From Haloquadratum walsbyi C23 (GTDB lineage: Archaea; Halobacteriota; Halobacteria; Halobacteriales; Haloferacaceae): a stretch of 32,000 bases of DNA. The notes below the pieces were generated by a model. That model worked only from the letters and a program-made list of their open reading frames with translations. It had not been told where the DNA came from and searched no databases. The stretch is taken from assembly GCF_000237865.1 (NCBI RefSeq), contig NC_017459.1:3116034-3148033 (forward strand). Reading direction: 5' to 3'. This document shows, piece after piece, positions 7,376 to 16,301 of this stretch (position 1 is its first letter; every line of letters begins with the position of its first letter). The translations under genes were made by a program, and so were the position numbers.

Positions 7376-8511
7376 CTGGCGGATTTGTATTCTCTGAGAA
7401 ACCAATCGAAATTGAATCTGGAGAGGGGGCATATTTATATGGAAGCGATGGCACGTCATATCTTGACTTTGGTGCTTCATACGCTGTTGCATCTATTGGG
7501 CACGCGCATCCAGCAGTGACTGAGGCTGTCCAACAGCAGGCGGCTGATTTGACATATGTACAGGCCTCATATCCGGTTGAGACACGAACGGAACTATATC
7601 AGAAATTAGCAACACTTGCCCCTGGCGACATTGAGAATGTCTGGTTGTGTAATTCAGGGACCGAAGCAAATGAAGCGGCGATGAAGTTCGCACGATCGGC
7701 TACGGGGCGATCAAAAATCGTTGCAACGAAGCGCGGATTCCACGGACGGACAATGGGAGCGCTAGCAATGACGTGGAAGAATAAATACAAAGCGCCCTTC
7801 GAACCGCTTGCTGGCGGTATTGACTTTGTCCCATATGGCGATCAAGAGGCACTCACAGCAGCCGTTGATGAGGAGACTGCAGCAGTCTTTCTTGAACCCG
7901 TTCAGGGGGAAGGAGGAATCCATCCTGCTGACACAGAATATCTGAGATGTGCACGCGAGGCAACACAAGAGGCAGGGGCGGCGCTTGTGTTTGATGAGAT
8001 TCAAACAGGTGTCGGTCGAACTGGGTCGCTTTGGGCCTCCGATGGTGCTGGTGTGACACCAGATATTCTCACGACTGCGAAAGGAATCGCCAATGGTCTC
8101 CCATTAGGGGCAACGCTCGTTCGTGATTGGATTGCAGAAGAGAGCGGGGATCATGGATCAACATTCTCGGGAACACCAATTGTCTGTGCAGCAGCAAATG
8201 CGACTCTTGAGACGATTGTTGAGGAAGATATCCCAGGCAATGCTGCTATGATTGGAGAGCATCTACAAGCAGCGATTACGGATGCAGTTGAGGATCATGA
8301 CCTTCCAGTCCGGGAGATACGCGGCGAAGGATTGATGATTGGGGTTGAGGTGAAACGCGGGGCAAATCGCGTATTAAAAAATCTCGCCCTATCCGAGCAA
8401 GTGCTTGCACTTCCTGCTGGTCGAACAGTTGTGAGATTACTCCCACCATTGACCATCGATACAGCACACGCTGACACATTTATTGAGTCATTCGTTGAGG
8501 TACTTGGATGA
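7372..8511 (+). CDS. argD: Acetylornithine / LysW-ornithine aminotransferase (class III PLP aminotransferase)
   Basis: 379 aa with the motifs SGTEANEAAMKFAR, DEIQTG and TTAKGIANGLPLGA (PLP lysine). An ATGA overlap joins it to argB. Confidence 0.93.
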   Translation: MTGGFVFSEKPIEIESGEGAYLYGSDGTSYLDFGASYAVASIGHAHPAVTEAVQQQAADLTYVQASYPVETRTELYQKLATLAPGDIENVWLCNSGTEANEAAMKFARSATGRSKIVATKRGFHGRTMGALAMTWKNKYKAPFEPLAGGIDFVPYGDQEALTAAVDEETAAVFLEPVQGEGGIHPADTEYLRCAREATQEAGAALVFDEIQTGVGRTGSLWASDGAGVTPDILTTAKGIANGLPLGATLVRDWIAEESGDHGSTFSGTPIVCAAANATLETIVEEDIPGNAAMIGEHLQAAITDAVEDHDLPVREIRGEGLMIGVEVKRGANRVLKNLALSEQVLALPAGRTVVRLLPPLTIDTAHADTFIESFVEVLG

Positions 8512-9857
8512 ATAACGACGATGCTTGCAGTCATACCAATGCGCATGTTCATGCCCGCATGAGTGAGGAGATACCCGATAATAAAGTGGCAGATAGTATT
8601 GACACAGTTCGTGATGTCAACGCAGATCCCACTACTAGTAGCATAGTTACTGATGGGGGCACCTCATTCACGACTCATCACAATGTATTCGATGTCCAGC
8701 CAGGATTGACAGATGGGCTTGATGATGCACAGACCCTTCTTGCTGATCTTGTGTCGATTCCATCGACCTCTGGTGAAGAATCAGCAGCAGCTGAGCGATT
8801 ATGTCGATTTTTTGAATCACACGGTCGCGATGCGTGGATTGACTCAGTTGGGAATGTTCGTGCACCGGCTGATGATAGTGTGTTATTAACGTCGCATATC
8901 GACACCGTTCCAGGGGATGTCCCTGTCAAAATTGAAAATGGAGTATTGTGGGGACGAGGGAGTGTTGATGCGACTGGACCATTAGCTGCAATGGCTGTTG
9001 CTGCTGTGGAAACTGGTGTCTCTTTTGCCGGAGTTGTTCGTGAGGAGACGACATCCGCGGGAGCATGGCATCTTATCGAGAACCGCACACCCCCAGAGAT
9101 TGTAATTAATGGTGAACCATCTGGGTGGGATGGGATTACTCTCGGATACCGCGGGTTTCTTTCGGGAACATATGTTGCAACGAGCGAACTCGGTCACTCA
9201 TCACGACCAGAAGACAATGCAATTCAATCAGCAGTAAATTGGTGGTCGAGCGTGGCTGAATTCTTCGAATCCGAGGGTACACACAATACCGATGGTGTTT
9301 TCGAGACAGTCACAACAAAGCCAGTTGCATTCGATGGTGGTCCAACTGAGGATGGGCTTGTCGTTGAATCGACTGTCGATGTCCAATTCCGTGTGCCACC
9401 ACAGTACACAATTGAGGATATACGAGAGGTTGCTGAAGGCGAGTTGAGTGATGGAAGCGTTCACTGGAAAAAGCCGATTCCACCAGTCATGAAAAGTCCC
9501 CGAACAGATGTGGCACGAGCATTTCGTGTTGCAATCCGCTCGGCTGGTGGTGAACCCCGGTTGCTCCGAAAGACTGGAACAAGTGATATGAATATTTTCT
9601 CCGGGGCATGGGATTGTCCGATGGCAACGTATGGTCCTGGCGACTCTGATCTTGACCATGCGCCAAATGAGCATCTTGATCTCGCAGAATACGACAGTGC
9701 AACTTCGGTGCTGGTTGATGTTTGTAATCGGCTCACGGATTCAGAGACAAAGACATCCACTGTGACAGACCCAGATATGGACTCTGAGACGGGGCGGGAT
9801 CAGATAAAAAGCAGATCAAATCACCGTGATGCAGACCCAGAGCCAACCAAAGCATGA
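8508..9857 (+). CDS. argE: LysW-ornithine/lysine hydrolase (M20 peptidase, ArgE/LysK type)
   Basis: 449 aa with M20 family motifs (LTSHIDTVPG, GRGSVDATG, REETTS). An ATGA overlap joins it to argD. It has long polar N- and C-terminal extensions. Confidence 0.88.
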   Translation: MNNDDACSHTNAHVHARMSEEIPDNKVADSIDTVRDVNADPTTSSIVTDGGTSFTTHHNVFDVQPGLTDGLDDAQTLLADLVSIPSTSGEESAAAERLCRFFESHGRDAWIDSVGNVRAPADDSVLLTSHIDTVPGDVPVKIENGVLWGRGSVDATGPLAAMAVAAVETGVSFAGVVREETTSAGAWHLIENRTPPEIVINGEPSGWDGITLGYRGFLSGTYVATSELGHSSRPEDNAIQSAVNWWSSVAEFFESEGTHNTDGVFETVTTKPVAFDGGPTEDGLVVESTVDVQFRVPPQYTIEDIREVAEGELSDGSVHWKKPIPPVMKSPRTDVARAFRVAIRSAGGEPRLLRKTGTSDMNIFSGAWDCPMATYGPGDSDLDHAPNEHLDLAEYDSATSVLVDVCNRLTDSETKTSTVTDPDMDSETGRDQIKSRSNHRDADPEPTKA

Positions 9858-10021
9858 TTCCGAGCCTGCTGTATATCATAGTGTTGTAGTGGTTGGTGAA
9901 AACCTATGAGAATCAATGTATGACAGAAAATACAGATAGTAACGATTCAATGATTGGACAATCCAACGTATCCGACAGTCGACCTGCGCGTAAGGAATAA
10001 ATTAAATATCAACGTATAAAC

Positions 10022-10924
10022 ATGCCCAAATCAAGCAACTTTCTCGATATTGATGATTTGACCACCGATGAACTGCAGACTATTCTTGACCGTGCAACTG
10101 CACTCAAGCATGGTGGTGATAATGCACAATTCCCCGGGCAGACACTTGGGATGCTTTTTGAGAAACCAAGCACTCGAACACGGATTTCGTTTGAAACCGG
10201 AATGACACAACTCGGTGGACATGCAATCTTTCTCGGACCGGATGACATCCAGTTAGGACATGGTGAACCGTTGTCAGATACTGCAAGGGTCCTTTCAGGT
10301 TATGTTGATGTCGTGATGGCTCGATTATTCAATCACGATGATCTGCTTGAAATTGCTGCTCATGCCGATATCCCTGTAATCAATGGACTTACTGATGATG
10401 CACACCCTTGTCAAACGCTTGCAGATCTCTTGACAATCAAAGAGGAATTTGGCGGGTTTGATGATGTGACAGTGGTATGGATTGGAGATGGTAACAATGT
10501 TGGGCAGTCATTTGTAATCGGTGCAGCAATGGTTGGGCTTGATTTGATTGTTGCCACCCCATCAGGATACGGAATGGATCAATCAGTATTGGATCAAGCG
10601 ACTGCACTTGGTCATCCACCGACTATTGCTGACACTCCAGGGGCTGCGGTAAGTGATGCGGATGTGGTCTATACCGATGTCTGGATTTCGATGGGGCAAG
10701 AGGATCAGCGCAATGAGAAATTAACAGCGTTTGAAGGGTATCAAATCAATGAATCGTTACTAGCAAATAACAGTGCTCAAGTGATGCACTGTCTGCCGGC
10801 GCATCGTGGTGAAGAAATCACCGATGAGGTGCTAACAGGCACTCGAACGCTTGTCTGGGACCAAGCCGAAAACCGCTTACATGCTCAAAAAGGACTTCTT
10901 GTCGAGTTATTATCTGAAAATTGA
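10022..10924 (+). CDS. argF: Ornithine carbamoyltransferase
   Basis: 300 aa with the STRTR carbamoyl-phosphate motif and the HCLPAHRGEE motif. Confidence 0.97.
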   Translation: MPKSSNFLDIDDLTTDELQTILDRATALKHGGDNAQFPGQTLGMLFEKPSTRTRISFETGMTQLGGHAIFLGPDDIQLGHGEPLSDTARVLSGYVDVVMARLFNHDDLLEIAAHADIPVINGLTDDAHPCQTLADLLTIKEEFGGFDDVTVVWIGDGNNVGQSFVIGAAMVGLDLIVATPSGYGMDQSVLDQATALGHPPTIADTPGAAVSDADVVYTDVWISMGQEDQRNEKLTAFEGYQINESLLANNSAQVMHCLPAHRGEEITDEVLTGTRTLVWDQAENRLHAQKGLLVELLSEN

Positions 10925-11050
10925 TGAGTTACATGTTGTTACCCTGAATTATTAAATATAACCCCAGAAGGTCGATTATTCAGAGAAACCACTATCTTAC
11001 CGGGATATTCCGTGCAAGAGTTTTAATCTAATCAAAGAGTAATATATTGT

Positions 11051-13246
11051 GTGTCGACAACTGGCAATCACAAACGGTTCTTTCCATATGAAGAACCATA
11101 TCCAAACCAACATTCGGCAATGTCTGAGATTGCCGAAGCGCTTGATGAGCAACGGGACGTTCTCTTCGAAGGGGCACCTGGAACAGGAAAAACGCTCTCT
11201 GCACTGTGTCCGGCGATTGCGTACGCTCGACAGACAGATAAAACAGTTGTCATTACAACGAATGTCCATCAGCAGATGCGGCAGTTCGTCGCGGACGCAC
11301 GCGCTATTGTTCACAGTGGTATAGACACAATTCGCGCTGTGGTGTTCAAAGGTAAATCGTCAATGTGTCATATCGACGTTGGATATCAAGAATGTCAAAC
11401 GCTTCGAGATACAACGCGAAGTCTTGTAGATAAAGAGCGTGAGCGTACACAACTCCGCGAGCAGGCAACAGCACTGTTAGATGAGATTCGTGAGGGAAAT
11501 GATGGCGCTGCATCAGCGCGAAGTGCGGTGACAGATGAGCTTGAGTCGGTTACATCCGAGATTGAGGACCTTTCTTCAGGGAACATCTGTGAATATTATC
11601 GCAATAATCTTACTGAAGCTGACGCAACTGAGGCGTTTTTTCAATGGCTATTTGATGATGTCCGAACGGCTGAAGAAATTTATGCATACGCTGAGCAACG
11701 ACAATTATGCGGATATGAGCTCCTCAAAGAAGGAATCGAGGGTGTGGATCTGGTTATTTGTAACTATCACCATCTACTCGACCCGGCGATTCGTGAGCAA
11801 TTTTTCCGCTGGCTTGGTCGTGATCCAGACGATATTGTTACCATCTTTGATGAAGCACATAACATCGAGTCAGCCGCACGTGATCACGCTGGGCGGACAT
11901 TGACAGAAAACACATTGGAGGAGGCACTTACTGAGATTAAAGACTGTGAGGACTCACGCGCTGAACCTGCAGCAAATGTATTTGAGGCATTTCTCACAGC
12001 ACTTCAAACAACGTATGCTGACGCATTTGGATTCGGTGAGCGCGAACAGGTCACATCAGAGTGGTATGACCTCACGGTTGCTAATACTGACCGCCGAGAC
12101 GATCTAACACTGGAGTTTCTTCAACAATATGAGGGTCGGGGGATTGATACCGAAATTGATCTTGCACGCCAACTTGCTGAGTCAATCGACTCACGGTATG
12201 AAACAGCGTACAAAAACGGGGAAACAGCAACACGAAAAGAATGTCAGGCACTACACGCGGCAACATTTCTCAATGCATGGATGACAGATAGTGATACAGT
12301 CGGCACCCATCCGCTAATCTCAGTTCGACGCGATGAGACAACAAATGAGGTATATGCCCGCGCAGAGCTGTACACATGCATTCCACGAGCTGTTACTGCA
12401 GATCTATTTGATGAAGTTCATGCGAGCATTTTGATGTCGGCCACATTACGCCCATTCGACGTCGCTGAGGATGTACTTGGGTTATCAAATCCGGTTCAAA
12501 TGGCATATGAACTAGCATACCCAGCGGAGAACCGTCGAACACTCGCAGTTAAAACACCAGCACTGTTTAGCTCGGCACGGAATGATCCTGATACACAATC
12601 GATTATCGCTGACACGCTTGCGGATGCTGCACGCTTCACGCCTGGAAATGCATTATTTTTCTTTCCATCGTATGCAGAAGCCGAACGTTATGCAACGCAG
12701 CTTAGACAGCACGATGCTGTCTCAAAGCCGGTGATGCTTGATGAATCAGGTACTGAAACAGAACCGCTCCGGCAATCATTTGTTGATCAGAACGGATGCG
12801 TGCTTTGCACCTCATTATGGGGGACACTTGCAGAGGGTGTGAGTTTTGATGATGATGATGCACGGACTGTTGCTGTCGTTGGAGTCCCGTATCCGCATCT
12901 TTCTGAACGAGCTGAGGCAGTCCAAAGCGCATATGATCGAGCGTATAGTGGGCGTAAAGATGCCGGATGGCGATATGGGATTGAAATCCCGACAATCCGA
13001 AAAACACGGCAAGCACTTGGTCGTGTTATTCGCTCACCATCAGATTATGGAGTGCGTCTGCTGATTGATAAGCGATATACACAGGAAGGTGCTGAGATGG
13101 GAAAGTATGGTGTCCGAGATCAATTCCCACCTGAAGAGCGTGCAGAGTTGATTGATGTTGAGCCATCAAAAGTACAGTTTTCGTTATTAAACTTTTATGA
13201 TGATCTTGATGCGTATGATGAAACAGTACCATCTCCATCTCCTTAG
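11051..13246 (+). CDS. XPD/Rad3-family (DinG-like) SF2 DNA helicase with a candidate FeS-cluster domain
   Basis: 731 aa with a GTG start. It has Walker A GAPGTGKT and the DEAH box (FDEAHNIE). Four cysteines (MCH, ECQ, ICEY, LCGY) lie between motifs I and II, as in XPD FeS domains. Confidence 0.85.
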   Translation: MSTTGNHKRFFPYEEPYPNQHSAMSEIAEALDEQRDVLFEGAPGTGKTLSALCPAIAYARQTDKTVVITTNVHQQMRQFVADARAIVHSGIDTIRAVVFKGKSSMCHIDVGYQECQTLRDTTRSLVDKERERTQLREQATALLDEIREGNDGAASARSAVTDELESVTSEIEDLSSGNICEYYRNNLTEADATEAFFQWLFDDVRTAEEIYAYAEQRQLCGYELLKEGIEGVDLVICNYHHLLDPAIREQFFRWLGRDPDDIVTIFDEAHNIESAARDHAGRTLTENTLEEALTEIKDCEDSRAEPAANVFEAFLTALQTTYADAFGFGEREQVTSEWYDLTVANTDRRDDLTLEFLQQYEGRGIDTEIDLARQLAESIDSRYETAYKNGETATRKECQALHAATFLNAWMTDSDTVGTHPLISVRRDETTNEVYARAELYTCIPRAVTADLFDEVHASILMSATLRPFDVAEDVLGLSNPVQMAYELAYPAENRRTLAVKTPALFSSARNDPDTQSIIADTLADAARFTPGNALFFFPSYAEAERYATQLRQHDAVSKPVMLDESGTETEPLRQSFVDQNGCVLCTSLWGTLAEGVSFDDDDARTVAVVGVPYPHLSERAEAVQSAYDRAYSGRKDAGWRYGIEIPTIRKTRQALGRVIRSPSDYGVRLLIDKRYTQEGAEMGKYGVRDQFPPEERAELIDVEPSKVQFSLLNFYDDLDAYDETVPSPSP

Positions 13247-13285
13247 CCGAACGGCTGATACCGCTTCAGCATAAAAGATTATGTA

Positions 13286-14647
13286 ATGAGTACGCAACCG
13301 CCGGGCCCAAACGGGGTGCCGGTGTTTGGTAACAGTCGCCAGTATGCAAGCGATCCGTTCACTTTCCTTCGGAGCGTTGCAGACGCTTACGGTGATGTGG
13401 TACGATTCAGTCTTGGTCCACTTGACACGTATATGTTGACAAATCCTGTAGATATTGAGCGTGTGCTGGTCACAGATGATCAAAAGTATCAGAAACCAGA
13501 CTTTCAGGATGATGCCATCGGAACGCTCCTTGGAGATGGACTGCTCCTAAGTGAAGGTGAAACATGGCAGAAACAACGTCAACTCGCACAGCCAGCGTTC
13601 GGTCCGAAGCGAATCACATCGCTTGCGGGGACAATGACTGATCATACGAGGGGAATGCTTGATGAGTGGGAGTCTGGAGATATTAAGGATGTTCACCTCG
13701 AAATGGCGCGCGTAACGGTACGGATTATCGTTGAAGCCATGTTTGGTACATCATTAACTGACACGCAAACAACAGCAGTTCAGGAAAATCTTGAACCACT
13801 AGGTAAACGATTTGAACCGGATCCGCTTCGATTTATTATTCCAGATTGGGTACCAACACAGGAAAATCAGGAATATAATAAATCTGTCAGCGTGCTTGAG
13901 GATATAATCGATGAGATTGTCTCCGAGCGTCGTGGAACCGAAACAAATCCTGATATTGACCCGGGTGCGGGTAGTGATGATGACCCGATGGATTTATTAT
14001 CTATTTTACTTCGGGCAAAACAACGGGGTGAGCAGACAGATAAACAGCTTCGCGATGAGATGATGACGATACTGTTAGCTGGACATGATACCACAGCGCT
14101 TACACTGACTTACACATGGTATCTTCTCTCGGAGCACCCAAAAGTAAGAGATCAAGTGCATGAAGAGCTTGCGTCGGTTTGCGGTGGGGAGACACCGACA
14201 ATGGCTGATACCCGGTCATTAGATTATACCGAGCGTGTCTTACAAGAATCGATGCGCATGTATCCGCCGGTGTATGTTATTTTTCGTGAGCCACAAGTTG
14301 ACGTACGGCTTGGTGGGTATCGAATCCCAGCAGGGTCAGCAATTATGTTACCACAATGGGTTGTTCATCGGTCGCCACGATGGTATGATAATCCAACAAC
14401 ATTTGATCCAGATCGATGGCGTCCAGAGCGTCGAGCAGACCGACCACGATTTTCATACTTCCCATTTGGTGGAGGACCACGTCATTGTATCGGGAAACAT
14501 CTCTCAATGCTAGAGGCAAAGCTTATTTTAGGAACAGTCGCTCAAACATATGAATTGGATTACGTACGGGACCGTCCATTTGATCTTCGAGGATCATTGA
14601 CAATGCACCCTGATGAGCCGATGGGAATGCGAGTCATCGAGCGCTAA
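13286..14647 (+). CDS. Cytochrome P450
   Basis: 453 aa with the heme-thiolate loop FGGGPRHCIG, I-helix AGHDTT, and ExxR (ESMR). Confidence 0.95.
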   Translation: MSTQPPGPNGVPVFGNSRQYASDPFTFLRSVADAYGDVVRFSLGPLDTYMLTNPVDIERVLVTDDQKYQKPDFQDDAIGTLLGDGLLLSEGETWQKQRQLAQPAFGPKRITSLAGTMTDHTRGMLDEWESGDIKDVHLEMARVTVRIIVEAMFGTSLTDTQTTAVQENLEPLGKRFEPDPLRFIIPDWVPTQENQEYNKSVSVLEDIIDEIVSERRGTETNPDIDPGAGSDDDPMDLLSILLRAKQRGEQTDKQLRDEMMTILLAGHDTTALTLTYTWYLLSEHPKVRDQVHEELASVCGGETPTMADTRSLDYTERVLQESMRMYPPVYVIFREPQVDVRLGGYRIPAGSAIMLPQWVVHRSPRWYDNPTTFDPDRWRPERRADRPRFSYFPFGGGPRHCIGKHLSMLEAKLILGTVAQTYELDYVRDRPFDLRGSLTMHPDEPMGMRVIER

Positions 14648-15185
14648 GACTGATTGTCGCCGCATTTTCGCGGTATCGACTATCCCATATATGAAGACTA
14701 CTAACTGTCCATGTGATTGGGTCAATTGATTGATATTCGATAAATTGTGTTGCATCTGCGATATCACCGCCCCGTGCGAGTGTTATGTGTGGAATATAAT
14801 TGCTACCCTCAAGATCACGAATAGTATCAAACGATTTGCATAATTGAGTATGTAATGTCATGAGTGATTGACTCTCGACAACAAGATAGACAACGGGGGC
14901 GGTCCCTCCCGGTGGATTCTCAAAGAAGTCAATCCCAGTGACTGATAGTTCAATTTGATTAGGAGTAGCAGTTGATGTAAGAATCGGACGAAGTTGTTCA
15001 CGGAGCACAGGGAGTGAGATATCTGTAGAGGTTTGTTTATTATATCCGTTGGTAGTGTCTGCTTCAAATCGTTTGAGCACAAGGGTTTGACGCTCGCGTC
15101 GACTATCGAAAGACATCAAATCAGCGTGAAGACTGGTTGCAAGCCGTGAAACATGGCTTGGAAGTGGCACATTAACACTGAACAT
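14634..15185 (-). CDS. 2H-phosphoesterase / 2'-5' RNA ligase (LigT/ThpR)-family protein, first HxT motif apparently degenerate
   Basis: The MFSVNVPLP start at 15185 is preferred over the track start at 15242. The second motif, PHITLARG, is present. The position of the first H-x-T-x motif reads RERQTLVLKRF (Q in place of H). The 3' end overlaps the P450 by 14 nt, convergently. Confidence 0.6.
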   Translation of the reverse strand: MFSVNVPLPSHVSRLATSLHADLMSFDSRRERQTLVLKRFEADTTNGYNKQTSTDISLPVLREQLRPILTSTATPNQIELSVTGIDFFENPPGGTAPVVYLVVESQSLMTLHTQLCKSFDTIRDLEGSNYIPHITLARGGDIADATQFIEYQSIDPITWTVSSLHIWDSRYRENAATISLSAR

Positions 15186-15467
15186 TAATATTACATACGT
15201 GTGATTAGAGTAAAAAGCCTCATTGCTCAAGCAAACTTGCAAATCATAACTCGGTTCTGAGCGTGAGGTATCTTACATTTTGAGGGCTGGAAATGGCGGA
15301 TAGGAGGACCTCTCACAGGAATCTAAGGGTTGACCGCACATCAATTCACTCCAGTAGAATCCATTTGATCGATTCTTGAGATATATTAAATGAGCGCTTT
15401 TTGAGGCTGCTTTGACCAAGGTTTGTGTCAATTTTCTAATTTATAACATTGAGTCGGAAAATAATTC

Positions 15468-15493
15468 ACACCGCTCAGCCTACACCGCTCAGC
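15468..15493. repeat. Two copies of ACACCGCTCAGC separated by 2 nt
   Basis: Read directly: 15468-15479 and 15482-15493, inside a ~600-bp non-coding spacer. Confidence 0.8.
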
Positions 15494-15835
15494 TCAGTCC
15501 TTGCTGAATGTTACTAGTGAGCTAGGTATTAGCAGGAGATTGATTTAACCTGAATAACCGTTATAATTTTATTACGTGACTCTGCTAATCATATGCATGT
15601 CTCATCAGCGTGTACCATCCGGGTCGAAAGGGTCATCAGAACGAACAAAATCAGGGCTAAATCAACGATTGTGGGCACGGATTCAGACTCACTTGAACAC
15701 TTGGTCGGACCGGTATGTCTCAATGCGAGTCAGCGCTCGGGTAGGACGTCAGGATTGATCACAGAAGCACAAAGAGAAATCCCGGCGCCCTTCAGCGTCA
15801 GGAGGATGTCAATGCGCAGTTCAAAAAAGTAATTA

Positions 15836-15858
15836 GAGCTGCTTTTTTGTTTCAGCTC
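15836..15858. terminator. Hairpin GAGCTG-N11-CAGCTC with T/A runs; probable terminator of usp (minus strand)
   Basis: The stem is 15836-15841 pairing with 15853-15858. On the minus strand the hairpin is followed by TTTTTT (complement of 15823-15828). It starts 3 nt after the usp stop. Confidence 0.45.
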
Positions 15859-15860
15859 AA

Positions 15861-16298
15861 TTATTCCGCTGACTCACGAACGGTAATAACGGGAACCGGC
15901 GAGTGTCTAACAACTCGCTCTGTGACACTTCCGACAAGGTAATGATCAAGCCCAGTCCGACCATGTGTTCCCATCACCACGGCATCAACTGATTCATCTG
16001 TAGCTATTTCAAGTATTGATTCATGCGGGATTCCTTCAGTGATTGTTTGTTCGGTGTCAATATCATCAGGCATTCGCTCAATGGCATTTTCAGTCGCTGA
16101 CACTGCATGCTCATGTTCGGCGTTTTTCCATACATCAGGGGCAATGCCGCTACTTGGGCTATTGAATCGATTGCGTCCATCAGCAACGGAGATAACATGA
16201 ACTGTGCTGTCAGCGAGCGCAGCGAGTGACCCAGCATGATCAGCTGCAATCAATGAGGCAGTACTCCCGTCTGTTGGTAAAAGAATTGTTTCATACAT
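15861..16298 (-). CDS. Universal stress protein (UspA family)
   Basis: 145 aa with the ATP-binding motif GTHGRTGLDHYLVGSVTERVVRHSPVPVITV. Confidence 0.9.
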   Translation of the reverse strand: MYETILLPTDGSTASLIAADHAGSLAALADSTVHVISVADGRNRFNSPSSGIAPDVWKNAEHEHAVSATENAIERMPDDIDTEQTITEGIPHESILEIATDESVDAVVMGTHGRTGLDHYLVGSVTERVVRHSPVPVITVRESAE

Positions 16299-16301
16299 CA
16301 G

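Noticed and set aside
9920-10000. A 26-codon ORF (MTENTDSNDSMIGQSNVSDSRPARKE) upstream of argF, considered as a second leader peptide.
   Set aside because: It has no run of Arg codons and no following hairpin or T-tract. The argF TATA-like box lies at or after its 3' end. It has no distinguishing feature beyond being open.
15576-15832. Two overlapping plus-strand ORFs (60 and 79 aa) in the long spacer downstream of usp.
   Set aside because: They are basic, Arg/Ser-rich and non-halophilic in composition, they overlap each other in different frames, and they have no motif. The region is treated as non-coding and reported as a low-interest finding instead.
15243-15860. SRP (7S) RNA or RNase P RNA hidden in the 600-bp spacer.
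   Set aside because: I could not find the conserved SRP helix-8 GGAA-tetraloop/AGCA context, or an RNase P CR-I (GAGGAAAGTCC-like) or CR-V element, on either strand. There is also no long-range 5'/3' pairing. A covariance-model scan would be needed to be sure.
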